DNA from: Eledone cirrhosa
Taxonomy: Eukaryota
NCBI GenBank assembly: GCA_964016885.1
Contig: OZ024742.1
Coordinates: 172,918,001-172,982,000, forward strand
DNA length: 64,000 nucleotides
Direction: 5' to 3'
Positions 1 to 11,703 of the stretch are shown here, one piece after another. The translations under genes were made by a program, and so were the position numbers. The notes beneath the pieces are model-generated. The model was not told where the DNA came from and did no database searches. It saw only the letters and a program-made list of their open reading frames with translations. Numbering within the stretch: the first letter of the stretch is position 1; each line of letters opens with the position of its first letter.

Positions 1-96
1 ATTCTCTGATCAATACAATAGATATATCTGTGATGTATGTAACTCTTATTAATGTTGCACATATCGTAAGTAATATAGTTATATAAATACATACAT

Positions 97-169
<73 letters not shown>

Positions 170-183
170 TAAATATATACACT

Positions 184-257
<74 letters not shown>

Positions 258-339
258 AATATACATAAATGAATATGCGTCTCTTTCTACGTACGTATTC
301 AAACACAAATACAGATGCGCAGGAACAACCACGCACATA

Positions 340-368
<29 letters not shown>

Positions 369-374
<6 letters not shown>

Positions 375-1151
375 TGAAACAAAATGAAAACGAAATTTCA
401 TTTCTCACTCTTAGTATGGCACTTACTTAAATGTAAGTATGCATGTATACGTACATACATACATGTATACAGACGTACAGTAGCATGCACATATATATAT
501 ACATATACATATATACATACATATGCATACAGGTACACATACATATATGCACGTATCAGTTTAGCGGCGCTAACGTCGCTTTGTTCGTTTGTAAACAAAC
601 TGAACAGCCTGAATTTATGCCATACGGTGTTAAGGCAACCACGTCACCTTTTTGTTCAACACTGACACAGGAACGATGTACTAGTTTCAAGCTTGTTAGC
701 TATCATCAGCACCGTTTACCCATCTGCCAGATAGTTGAACGTTCGAAAGTATATACTTTCCTTATGAAAATTAACGGCTGAGCAGCCTAATTTGCATATT
801 GAGTGAGTTAAATCGGTCAGGCATACCGAAAACGATAAATTGAAACAAAATGAAAACGAAATTTCATTTCTCACTCTTAGTATGGCACTTACTTAAATGT
901 AAGTATGCATGTATACGTACATACATACATGTATACAGACGTACAGTAGCATGCACATATATATATACATATACATATATACATACATATGCATACAGGT
1001 ACACATACATATATGCACGTATCAGTTTAGCGGCGCTAACGTCGCTTTGTTCGTTTGTAAACAAACTGAACAGCCTGAATTTATGCCATACGGTGTTAAG
1101 GCAACCACGTCACCTTTTTGTTCAACACTGACACAGGAACGATGTACTAGT
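369..1151 (-). repeat. 466-bp tandem repeat (about 1.7 units) carrying a hammerhead ribozyme; retrozyme-like
   Basis: Unit starts ataaattgaaacaaaatg at 369 and 835, and the ORF track repeats at +466. It is flanked by (TA)n on both sides. Confidence 0.9.
672..716 (-). ncRNA. Minimal type I hammerhead ribozyme (470-bp family)
   Basis: Minus strand reads aacggtg CTGATGA t agc taacaa gct t GAAA ctag TA catcgtt: 7-bp stem I, canonical core, palindromic stem III, GUA site. Confidence 0.88.
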
Positions 1152-1331
1152 ATATATATATATATATATCTGTGTGTGTGTGTGTGTGTGTGTGTGTCTG
1201 TGTGTGTCTGTGTGTGTCTGTGTGTGCGTGCGTGTGTGTGTGTGTGCGTGCGTGTGTATGTATATGGGGGCGTAGTGTGGCGTGCCGGTGTGTTTGTACA
1301 TGTAGATATGTTTCATTATTCCAATATACGT

Positions 1332-1513
1332 TGGATTGGCAGTATCGGTAGAGAGTCGGACGCCATGCTTTCCAGCATACTTACGTCCCGTTACGATCTG
1401 AGTTCAAATCCCGCCGAGGTTGACTTTGCCTTTCATCCTTACGGGGTCGATAAAATAAAGTACCAGTATTGCACTGGGTAATTGCTGGCCTTGTGCCTAA
1501 AGTAGAAACAATG
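1332..1513 (+). mobile_element. tRNA-derived SINE
   Basis: A-box-like tggcagtatcggtaga, B-box gagttcaaatcc and core gcctttcatccttacggggtcgataaaataaagtacc; about 10 dispersed copies in the window. Confidence 0.85.
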
Positions 1514-1887
1514 ATTCCAATATACGTATTTGTGAACGCTGGTATATGTAAATGATTATGAACCACATTGGGCTGTGATCTTCCAGATTCTAATTGCCAA
1601 TGATTCTTCCCTTCCGAACCCTCTTTGGTGTCTTGGGATACAAAATCGTGGTGCGTCCATTCAACGCCTCCTAGGACAGGTCGCATGGAATGGACACTGC
1701 GATATATTTTTTCTAACAGGCCCCTCTCCTAAATACCTGAATGCGTCCCTTGTTAAGGTGCGGTAATGATAATGCGATATGGGCCATTACTCGTCCTGCA
1801 GCTACCAGATTATATCGCAACTAAATATCATCTCTGATCGGTCTATCACTATTTCGAACCTTTGATCCATTCTGTATAACATCTCTG

Positions 1888-2851
1888 GGGACGAGGAAAT
1901 TTGGCCTAAGATTGTAAAAGCCTTAAGTAGAGAAGTTATTCACTAGCTGACTCATGTTGGCATGGACATCTCCGGTTGGCCTGGATATCTGGAAAAGTAC
2001 CTAAACCTTTTCAATCGAGAGTAATTATCCCGATTTTTAAAAAGGGGAGACAAGCGAGATTGCTACAATTGTAGAGGGATCTCTTTGTTAAGCCTACCCG
2101 GTAATGTCTATGCTAAGTCTTTAGCAAATAGATATAGGGAGAATGTTGAGTCCAGGCTAGCCAATGAACAGTGCGGATTTCGCCCTGGACGCAGCACGGT
2201 TGACAATATACTCACCCTGCTGCACGTCTTGAGAAATCGTGTGAGTACTACCATTCAATCGGAGAGTCGGACTCCTTCAAGTGTGCGTACTCTTACCTGT
2301 CTTGTTCCTCATTTTCATGAACAGTATTTACATACACAACCTGGTTGGAAGTAGTATCAAGAATGGCAAGTGTAGAATGAGTCGTTTTGAATTTGCGGAC
2401 GACATGGTACAACTAACTCGACAGAAGGTGATTTTAACTTACGTTTGATACGTTAGATGTCGGGTGCGGCATAGCTGGAAGGATAAGCGCTGTTTGCAAC
2501 CTGCATGTGAATTTATATCCGCTGAAGCAGGTGTAGAATTTCAAGTACCGTAGGGCGGTGTTCATGTGTGATGGAGGAAAGGAAGCAAGAATAGCAGTAA
2601 CTCGTCTAGTAATGCGCTATCCTCAGCATTCGGTAATCAGAAGATGTGTGGTTGGTATAAAAGCTAAACACGCTTTCATAAGTTCGGTATTCGTACCAAA
2701 CTTTGCCTATGATCATGAATCTTGGGTAATGACCGAACGAATACAATCGCGAATACAAGCAGACAAATCTGGGTTCCTTCGAATTGTCTATGGAGTTACG
2801 ATACTCAATAAAGTGGGTAGCTCGGTTATCAGAGAAATTCACTCCAGTTAG
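1888..2851 (+). pseudogene. Degenerate LINE reverse transcriptase fragment (RTE-like)
   Basis: Translates to VIIPIFKKGDKRDCYNCRGISLLSLPGNVYAK...EQCGFRPGRSTVDNI, FADDMV and YDHESWVMT, with stops, frameshifts and deletions. Confidence 0.85.
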
Positions 2852-2982
2852 AGCTACTTCATCTAATGAATGAAAGATGAAACCAGATCGGAGCTGTATA
2901 ATTGTCACACTTACCTGGCACAGGCGCACACTCTCACACATACACTCACCCAAATATTCACCCTCACTCTTATATATATATG

Positions 2983-3057
<75 letters not shown>

Positions 3058-3317
3058 TCTTTTATTCCTAATTAATCCATTTCTCAACTGTGAACAATTT
3101 GTCACCATTTTCTATTCCGTTTACTAATATATATATATATAAATTTGTGAAGGATAGGGGCTGTGTTGTTGGAGGATAAAGTGTATTTATAAATGAGAGG
3201 AAAGCACGAATGGTAGGTAGATTCCCTACATCAGTTGTCTTCTGGAGATCATGGACATTAATACGCATTAAAGATAATATATAATATATATATGTGTGTG
3301 TGTGTGAGTAAGTAAAC

Positions 3318-3418
<101 letters not shown>

Positions 3419-3666
3419 AATGTAAGTATGCATGTATACGTACATACATATATGTATACAGACGTACAGTAGCATGCACATATATATATATATACATATA
3501 TATATATACATATGCATACAGGTACACATACATATATGCACGTATCAGTTTAGCGGCGCTTATTATAACGTCGCTTTGTTAGTTTGTAAACAAACTGAAC
3601 AGCCTGAATTTATGCCATACGGTGTTAAGGCAACCACGTCACCTTTTTGTTCAACACTGACACAGG

Positions 3667-3711
3667 AACGATGTACTAGTTTCAAGCTTGTTAGCTATCA
3701 TCAGCACCGTT
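3667..3711 (-). ncRNA. Hammerhead ribozyme (470-bp family)
   Basis: Identical to 672-716. Confidence 0.88.
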
Positions 3712-4140
3712 TACCCATCTGCCAGATAGTTGAACGTTCGAAAGTATATACTTTCCTTATGAAAATTAACGGCTGAGCAGCCTAATTTGCATATTGAGTG
3801 AGTTAAATCGGTCAGGCACACCGAAAACGATAAATTGAAACAAAATGAAAACGAAATTTCATTTCTCACTCTTAGTATGGCACTTACTTAAATGTAAGTA
3901 TGCATGTATACGTACATACATATATGTATACAGACGTACAGTAGCATGCACATATATATATATATATATACATATATATATACATATGCATACAGGTACA
4001 CATACATATATGCACGTATCAGTTTAGCGGCGCTTATTATAACGTCGCTTTGTTCGTTTGTAAACAAACTGAACAGCCTGAATTTATGCCATACGGTGTT
4101 AAGGCAACCACGTCACCTTTTTGTTCAACACTGACACAGG

Positions 4141-4185
4141 AACGATGTACTAGTTTCAAGCTTGTTAGCTATCATCAGCACCGTT
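4141..4185 (-). ncRNA. Hammerhead ribozyme (470-bp family)
   Basis: Identical to 672-716. Confidence 0.88.
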
Positions 4186-4358
4186 TACCCATCTGCCAGA
4201 TAGTTGAACGTTCGAAAGTATATACTTTCCTTATGAAAATTAACGGCTGAGCAGCCTAATTTGCATATTGAGTGAGTTAAATCGGTCAGGCACACCGAAA
4301 ACGATGAATTGAAACAAAATGAAAACGAAATTTCATTCAACTATCTGGCAGATGGGTA

Positions 4359-4403
4359 AACGGTGCTGATGATAGCTAACAAGCTTGAAACTAGTACATC
4401 GTT
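4359..4403 (+). ncRNA. Hammerhead ribozyme (470-bp family)
   Basis: aacggtg CTGATGA(4366) tagctaacaagctt GAAA(4387) ctaGTA catcgtt; predicted cleavage after 4396. Confidence 0.88.
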
Positions 4404-4714
4404 CCTGTGTCAGTGTTGAACAAAAAGGTGACGTGGTTGCCTTAACACCGTATGGCATAAATTCAGGCTGTTCAGTTTGTTTACAAACGAACAAAGCGAC
4501 GTTATAATAAGCGCCGCTAAACTGATACGTGCATATATGTATGTGTACCTGTATGCATATGTATATATATATGTATATATATATATATATATGTGCATGC
4601 TACTGTACGTCTGTATACATATATGTATGTACGTATACATGCATACTTACATTTAAGTAAGTGCCATACTAAGAGTGAGAAATGAAATTTCGTTTTCATT
4701 TTGTTTCAACATAT

Positions 4715-4753
<39 letters not shown>

Positions 4754-4881
4754 AACCAGTAAGACCCCGACGGCTGAGCTCAAGCCGTCACGACGGCTAA
4801 TTCCGTCTAGTATTAGCCGTCGAAAGTATTGAGTACTTTGGTGCGTTATGGCCCACCTGGTTCCTTACCACATTTCCTTCG

Positions 4882-4955
<74 letters not shown>

Positions 4956-5128
4956 ATTTATATATATATACATACGAAGTGACATACATATTTACACTCT
5001 TCCAAAGAGTAAGATTACAATGCATTCATACACACGAGCAGAGACAATCACATACACCAACTCGTAGAATGATCCACGTAGAAACATGTAATACAACATA
5101 AAAGATAAAATGGTTTATATAAGTATTC

Positions 5129-5160
<32 letters not shown>

Positions 5161-7900
5161 CACGCACCAAGACTGTACAAAGTCTGATTCACTGACTTGA
5201 AGCCTATTCCCCTCTTGGACTCAACTCAGCTCCCCAATTTCTCTAATACCCTGTCCATTATCATACTCCTAGATCCCTATCGCTTTCTCTTGATCATTAA
5301 CATCTTCTCTTAAAACTAATACAGGCCGACTATATATGCTCCACTTTCCCCTTCACTTCTGTGTATACACACATACACACTCATATAATAACATAATCTT
5401 GCTCATAGCTTCGTACTTACATGCACACACACTCTTTTACTCACATATACGCACACATTTCTTCTTAGCTTCGTACGGACCTATAACACGGGCGCGCACA
5501 CAGACACACACATGCTTACGCACTTGCACAAGTATAGCTCTTTTACAAAACGTTTTTTTTTTCCATTTCAGGTACAAGCGCTCCAACATCCACTTTTCTC
5601 AAAAAATAAATCATTACACATAACGCCAGCACCAATAGTTTTGCAAGAGATGTCATCGTGAATGGACATGTTATTTTTATCTAAAGACATTTGTTTCCAA
5701 TTCCAAACACACCCGTCCCCTCAATCTATCTCATTTCTCACTCTTTCTTTTGATGAAAATCTAGCGTCCGAAACGTAAAGTCCCTCTTCCTGTTATATCA
5801 AGCGTTAACCTAACATAGCCGTTCCATATAACGTACCGATTGTGTTGCTATTTCTGTTTACCTTTTACATATATATACATCACATAAGAAACGGAGTATC
5901 AGCGTTGCGACGAATACAATTTATTAGACATATTTCAATCGTTTCTCTGGCGACCTGCTCGAGGCACGATCGATGTAATGATCGAAACAGACTCTGAAAT
6001 CGCAAGGTCCTCAGATACGTCTCGATTCTACGAAGCAGAGTTTCCAAATATCCAGTTACACCCGCTGTCCTCATTCGGCAGCTTAGATCCTGTTGTTGTC
6101 ATTCTATGAGAAGTCAAGAATTGTACACGTCATCGGTAGTTTTGGCCACTCATGGCAGTCCTGGATTTGGTTCCTTTCATTCGAAACCTGTCAATCAAAA
6201 TTGTTTCTTAAGTCGGAATTACTACTGTAGGAGGTAATGGGTTGTATGATTGAACCGCTCGAGCCCTGTAGCCGCCTTCTCAAACTGTCGGCGCCCGCAC
6301 CCATGAGTATGTTTCGCGTAAGCGTGATACATACGGGCACTTATACACCCCAGAGATCACGTACACACCCGCAACTATATTATATGCGACAATCACATTA
6401 GATATTGAATGCGCAGCGAGTAATTAGAAAGAATTGAAAAAAAAAGGAAAAAGTATTTAACAGAACGTTTCAGAAAAACAGCCTCAAAATACCTTAAAAA
6501 ACACACATTTCAAAAAGAAAAACCCTGTAAATAAATGTCTTTAAAAGAATGCTTGAAATAGCCTTTCAAAAAAGTTAATCCAAAGGTATTTTTGATAAAT
6601 ATACACATATCTACACACACACTGTGATCAGGAAAGCGTATATAGTTAAGATGTATACATACAGATGAGAAAATGGAAGACCTACACATACACATGCACA
6701 AACACAGACATGTTCATACAAATACATCCACCCAGACATGTATACACATGCATGTACGCATACGTGCGTGGGCACACATACATACATGTATCCGAGCATG
6801 GGCATGCTTATACATCTAAAAAAAAAGCACTAACTTGATGACTACCTACACAGCCACACGCACACACGCAACTGTGCACATGGCGCATAAAATATATGAG
6901 ACAACATACTTGAAGCTTGTACCCAACCCATTCATGTCGCGATATAAGCCTAAAAGTGCATGCACAATATGCATAAATGTAATATCTACGTAGTAGCCAT
7001 GCCCTAATCACTGATAACATGGGTGGCACTTATATATAAATGGTTGTATGTACATAAAATAAAATAAAATAAAATAAAATAAAATAAAATAAAATAAAAT
7101 AAAATAAAATAAAATAAAATAAGTTAAAATAAATACTGTAAAAGGAAATGTATACATGACAAGATGCAGACAAGGTTCACGCCACCCGGACATTATTGGG
7201 ATGTGCATAAAGTTTCATAAAATACTTAAGGACTATGGTGCATGCGGTTATATAAGATACAGAGTGACTGACGATCCAAGGGTAACAGCGTGAACATCAA
7301 CCATACACACGAGACATGTTCCATGGCTGGTGGACACAGGCCGTGTATGCATACTCAAACAGGTTATATATATTGTGAATGTGTAGAATATCCTTTTCCT
7401 AATAGTATATATGAACTGTACATGGAATGGATGCATACATGGAACATATCATAAATGCATAGAATATGTGTTTCATAACCGTATATATGAAATGTACATG
7501 GAATGAATGCATAAGTGGAATATACCAGCGGTCTGTGTTGTAGGCGTGTAGATAGCAACGGCAGGCAAAGTTAGAATTAACTGCAACACTAACCTTAAGA
7601 CCAGCATCAAGTCCAACATCAAAGTTGCAAATTAAACATCACGAATCGAAAATTAAAAGTTAAAAAATAAGAATTCAAATTCAAATTCAAAACCACACAT
7701 AAGGTTGTAGACAAAATCAGACTTATATTGAGTCGGCGTCTCCAAGTTGGTGGGATGGTGTTATCCAAGGTATGTTACGAGGTAGATATCGTTCGATCTG
7801 TCGTTGATATCAGCTTGTTCCGCCTTGCATTCATAGGTATGCTGCGGGATATCGTGGTGTGCTGCATGCGCCCCACCTGGCATTGTCATACCTGTATACC

Positions 7901-8200
7901 TTAGATAGACGTATCTGGTATCACTAAAGCGGAGAGCGTGCATTTACGTTGGTGTCTGCAGGCTATAATGATTTCAGATTTGAGGTTGACTGCCTCGCCC
8001 TTCAGTTTTAATATCTCCATAGCCTCGGACAGGCACAACTTGCACCTCATCTCGCCAGCCGAGTACGCATTCGCTCGCTGGACAATACTTCAGCTGAGGT
8101 CAAATTTGGTGCCACTCTCTTTGAGTCCCTATATTAGGTCCGCTAATCTGGTGGAGTGTCTCTTGTTCCTCTCTTTGAAAGAGTTCTTGCGGTTGTACAA
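7901..8200 (-). pseudogene. PLE GIY-YIG endonuclease C-terminal relic (not in ORF track)
   Basis: Manual translation LYNRKNSFKERNKRHSTRLADLI*GLKESGTKFDLS*SIVQRANAYSAGEMRCKLCLSEAMEIL...NLKSEIIIACRHQRK aligns to the C-terminus of the 667-aa ORF (CxLCxxE, NxKSE, CxH); two internal stops. Confidence 0.85.
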
Positions 8201-8281
8201 TATATGTGTTAGGAAATTCCGAAGGAAAAGAAGATTGCTCTATGTATAGAACAGAGCTATTTAATTAGAAACGGAACACAC

Positions 8282-8483
8282 AAAATATAACTACACCATT
8301 ACCAATGGTTTCTGGATCCCAGACAATATTAATATACGTCTGGATCGGTCATCAGGCAGAGATGTTATCTCTGATAATACCTCCGATAATATCTTGATAA
8401 TATCTCCGTCTGATGACCGATCCAGACGTATAATAATACCGTCTGGGATCCAGAAACCTTTGGTAATGGAGTAGTTATATTTT
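8282..8483. mobile_element. Fold-back mini-element with two outward-facing HHRs
   Basis: Imperfect palindrome aaaatataactacaccattacc...ggtaatggagtagttatatttt with HHRs at 8294-8361(-) and 8404-8471(+). Confidence 0.8.
8404..8471 (+). ncRNA. Hammerhead ribozyme
   Basis: ctccgt CTGATGA cc gatcc agacg...cgtct gggatc ca GAAA cctttg GTA atggag; all three stems form. Confidence 0.85.
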
Positions 8484-8494
8484 GCGTTGTTCAC

Positions 8495-8525
<31 letters not shown>

Positions 8526-8729
8526 GTATTAGTTATACTATTTATGGTTATGTAAACACAAAACCTTAAGCAGTTGTAAGTATTTTACACACACCCTAAA
8601 TAGTGGTAGGCAGTAATGTATTACTACCTTATTACCAGTAAGTTAAGTAGCTCAATGTAAAAACATCAGATGATTTACAGAGCAGTTATATGAAATATAA
8701 GAATCAAAGAACTGTTCAAAACATTATTG

Positions 8730-8776
8730 TGCTTACAGCTGTTTCCTCCAAACCGAGGTTTGGATTCTTCGGAGCA
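8730..8776 (-). ncRNA. Hammerhead ribozyme of PLE, left arm (CCGAAGA core)
   Basis: Reverse complement of 15277-15323. Confidence 0.82.
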
Positions 8777-10219
8777 ATTTATTAATGCATGGACAGTTAT
8801 ATGACCTCCTTTTCAGCCGAGAGGCATACCAATACATATTCAAACATTGATACATATTCAAACATTGTGGGTCAACATTCATTACAGAATTTAGAGTGGC
8901 AGTACACACTTCGAGATTACATTTATATTAATAGGTACAATCAAAAATCAAAGATATAGGTTAAAGTACAACATGAAGATAAGTGGTTATATAGTGCAAA
9001 TGTTATATGTGTGGCACGCATGTGCGTCTTGTTTATATAGTGTGGCAGAGAGATATGTGTGGTGGAGGCACTTAGGTAGGTAAATAAGAGTGTTAGGTTG
9101 GTAGATCTGGTGGCAAAGTCTTTATATGATTGATATAGTCTGTGTGTGGAGAAATATTATAAGCATTAAAGATAGTGCAAGCATTAAAAGTGTTATAAGT
9201 ATTGGAGATGCACAGCGCAGGGATGTCAAGTAATTCATGTACTTCGGTATTTTCATGGTCAAGGGAGTGTATATTTCGATTATATGCCTTTCACATAATC
9301 CACGACAATCCAGTTAGAGATCGTAGTCTGGTGTCCTTTAGTTCGATATAGGAGGTTGTTACGTTTCGAGAGACGCCATTGAATACCGGAAGTGTGTGTG
9401 TGGCTAAGGGGAGTTAATGCATGCGGGGAGGTAACTCTGGGGTTTCTATATCTAGCCATTAAAATGTGTCCCAATATAGACCCTAAATTCTATGGTGAGG
9501 TGCACCTTCCAAGAGAGACTTTTAAAGCATAAAGTGTATTAACTATAGAGTAGTTTAACTAAATTATGCTGAAGGTGATCATATTATTATTAAGGTGGAT
9601 TAACCCATCTTAAGGTGCTACAAATGGAAATTATAGATGATGAGCGAGGATTCTAAATTAATGATCTCTGTGGTTGTAGTCTGCTCATATGACCAGGCGC
9701 GGTGATTGCAGGATCGCTTCAGGACCCAATGATCTCTGGTAAGATCTGGGTCATCGCTTGCTACATTGGATGTCGAAAGATAAACATCCCCAGGCAGGCC
9801 AAGGGTCAATCCGCAGTCCACGCGACCCCTCTCTGACCGTCAGATCATCCATATACGTACAACCCGCACGGCAGTTGCATTGCATTCACTCACTGCGCTC
9901 AGCAGCCTGGTCCTATTGGTCAACAGCGCTACTCGATTAAATCATTTTACATCTGTCTAAGGAAGGTGTTTCCTCTGCCCAACACCATCCAACCGATCAA
10001 TTCATGCTCAAATTACCCTTAGAGCGGTGTAGTGCCGTCCAGGTGGGTGGATGTTGTCACACCTGCCGTAGAGGTATAAGTGGGTATTTTCCCTGCGAAG
10101 GGTTCCAGAGGGATGTCGTTGTTTGTGTTATAATGGATCAGCTAGTGTTGGGTATGTAGTATAGGGTGTGTCTCTGGTGTTTGATGCTAGATGTGGTGTT
10201 AGGTTCCAGTCCGACATTG

Positions 10220-11703
10220 CTATATATGGGGCTTAAAGTTTTGGAAGGAATGTCTGAGGCGGTGCTGGCAAGTTGCAAACACCTCAGATTTTTTGTTAAG
10301 TAGGTTACGGTTGGAGAAGATAATATTGTGTGTCTCTAGTATACAGAGGTTACAGAATTTATTAGGTGGTTTGTACGAGGTCGCGCTGCCTATCACTTCC
10401 CATTTGAGTGTGTATGGTTTATTTTTAGATTTTAGATAGTGTATGTAGCTAGAAAGTGAGGTGGAGTTGGCTAGGCTGTGCTTTTTGAACGAGTGGATGT
10501 GCGAGTTATATCTAATTTTGAAGCAGTTAGAAGTGGAGCCTACATAGGTTTCTGAAGAGTTATTAGTCGTGACTGTGCATGAGTATATGACATCCTTGGT
10601 TAGGCATTTTTTATCTAAAGGGCAGGTTCTATTAGCTCTACAGTTACAATTATTCTGTGCGTTAGTCCGCTGGTTATAATGCAATGCGGAAGTCTGTGTG
10701 GTGGATATAGGATTTTGGGTGTTCAGGTTGACAACCCTGGTGTTATTACTTATACTAGTGTTATTTCTATTGTTACTGCCGTTGCTATTGTTGCTTGCTA
10801 CAGTGGTATTTAGAGGGTTTGCATCCCGTTGCGATTTTGTTTGTTGGAAGTAAGAACTAATTTTACTATTATTGCTGCTAGCTATGTGGTATGCTAAGTT
10901 AGGCGTCGTGGAGTATGAGATTTTAATGGTGTTTTTGTTTAAGAGGTTGTGGTACTTGTGTCCTAGAGGGAAGTTTTTATCTAGTAGTGAGAAGAAAGCC
11001 CTAGGTATGTTGGTGGAGACATTTAGGTTGAAAGGAGGGTTGAAAAATGTATTATTTCTTCTTCTATTTTTGCTTTTAGTGTTTGGTGTGTTGCTTCCTC
11101 CTAAGGCCTCACAGTAGTTTCCATGGTAATGGTTACTTCCGGTGGCACCCTCCGCTTTGGTGTACTTGTGGTTGCTATTCCTATTATTAGATTTCCTCAT
11201 GGACATGTTGTGCGAGATGATGTTGTAGCTATGTGTTTTCTTAGGTAGGAACTCAATTTCTATATTATGGCCGGAGCTAGCTAATGCTTGATTGTAATAT
11301 TGTGAGTTTTTGCTAAAAATGTTTGCGTCATAGGACAGACTAGAGATTCTATTGGACACCCCCTTAGAGATAGAGTTTAATATTGATCTAGGGTGATTAG
11401 ACTTGGTATCTACGTAAATAAGTTTCTCATTAGGCTTATGGAAGGGTGTATATATTTTTGAGTCTAGGTATAGTGTGGCGTCTAGGAAGTTAACATTTTT
11501 AGTGTTTTTGTCCATGGTGATACTAAGGTTAAAGTTTTTGAATGTCTTATGCAGTTGTTTTCTAGTTCTTTCTATATTCAATTTTTTATATTCTATGAGT
11601 AGAAGTGCATCATCGCGGTACAAACCACCGTTGAGGTAAGGGAGGTCTTTATGGATTTCATTGAGGAGGTATAGGCCGACCAAATCAGTGACCTGCGCCG
11701 AGT
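10220..11703 (-). CDS. 5'-truncated inverted copy of the PLE ORF (partial RT with YRDD, plus GIY-YIG)
   Basis: 487-aa ORF matching the C-terminal part of the 667-aa ORF apart from NAQNN vs NAHNN. Confidence 0.9.

Noticed and set aside
5746-5780. HHR-like ttgatga...ccGAAAcgTA, and the similar CTGATGA motif at 49985-50020(-)
   Set aside because: Stems I and II barely pair; at best very decayed relics.
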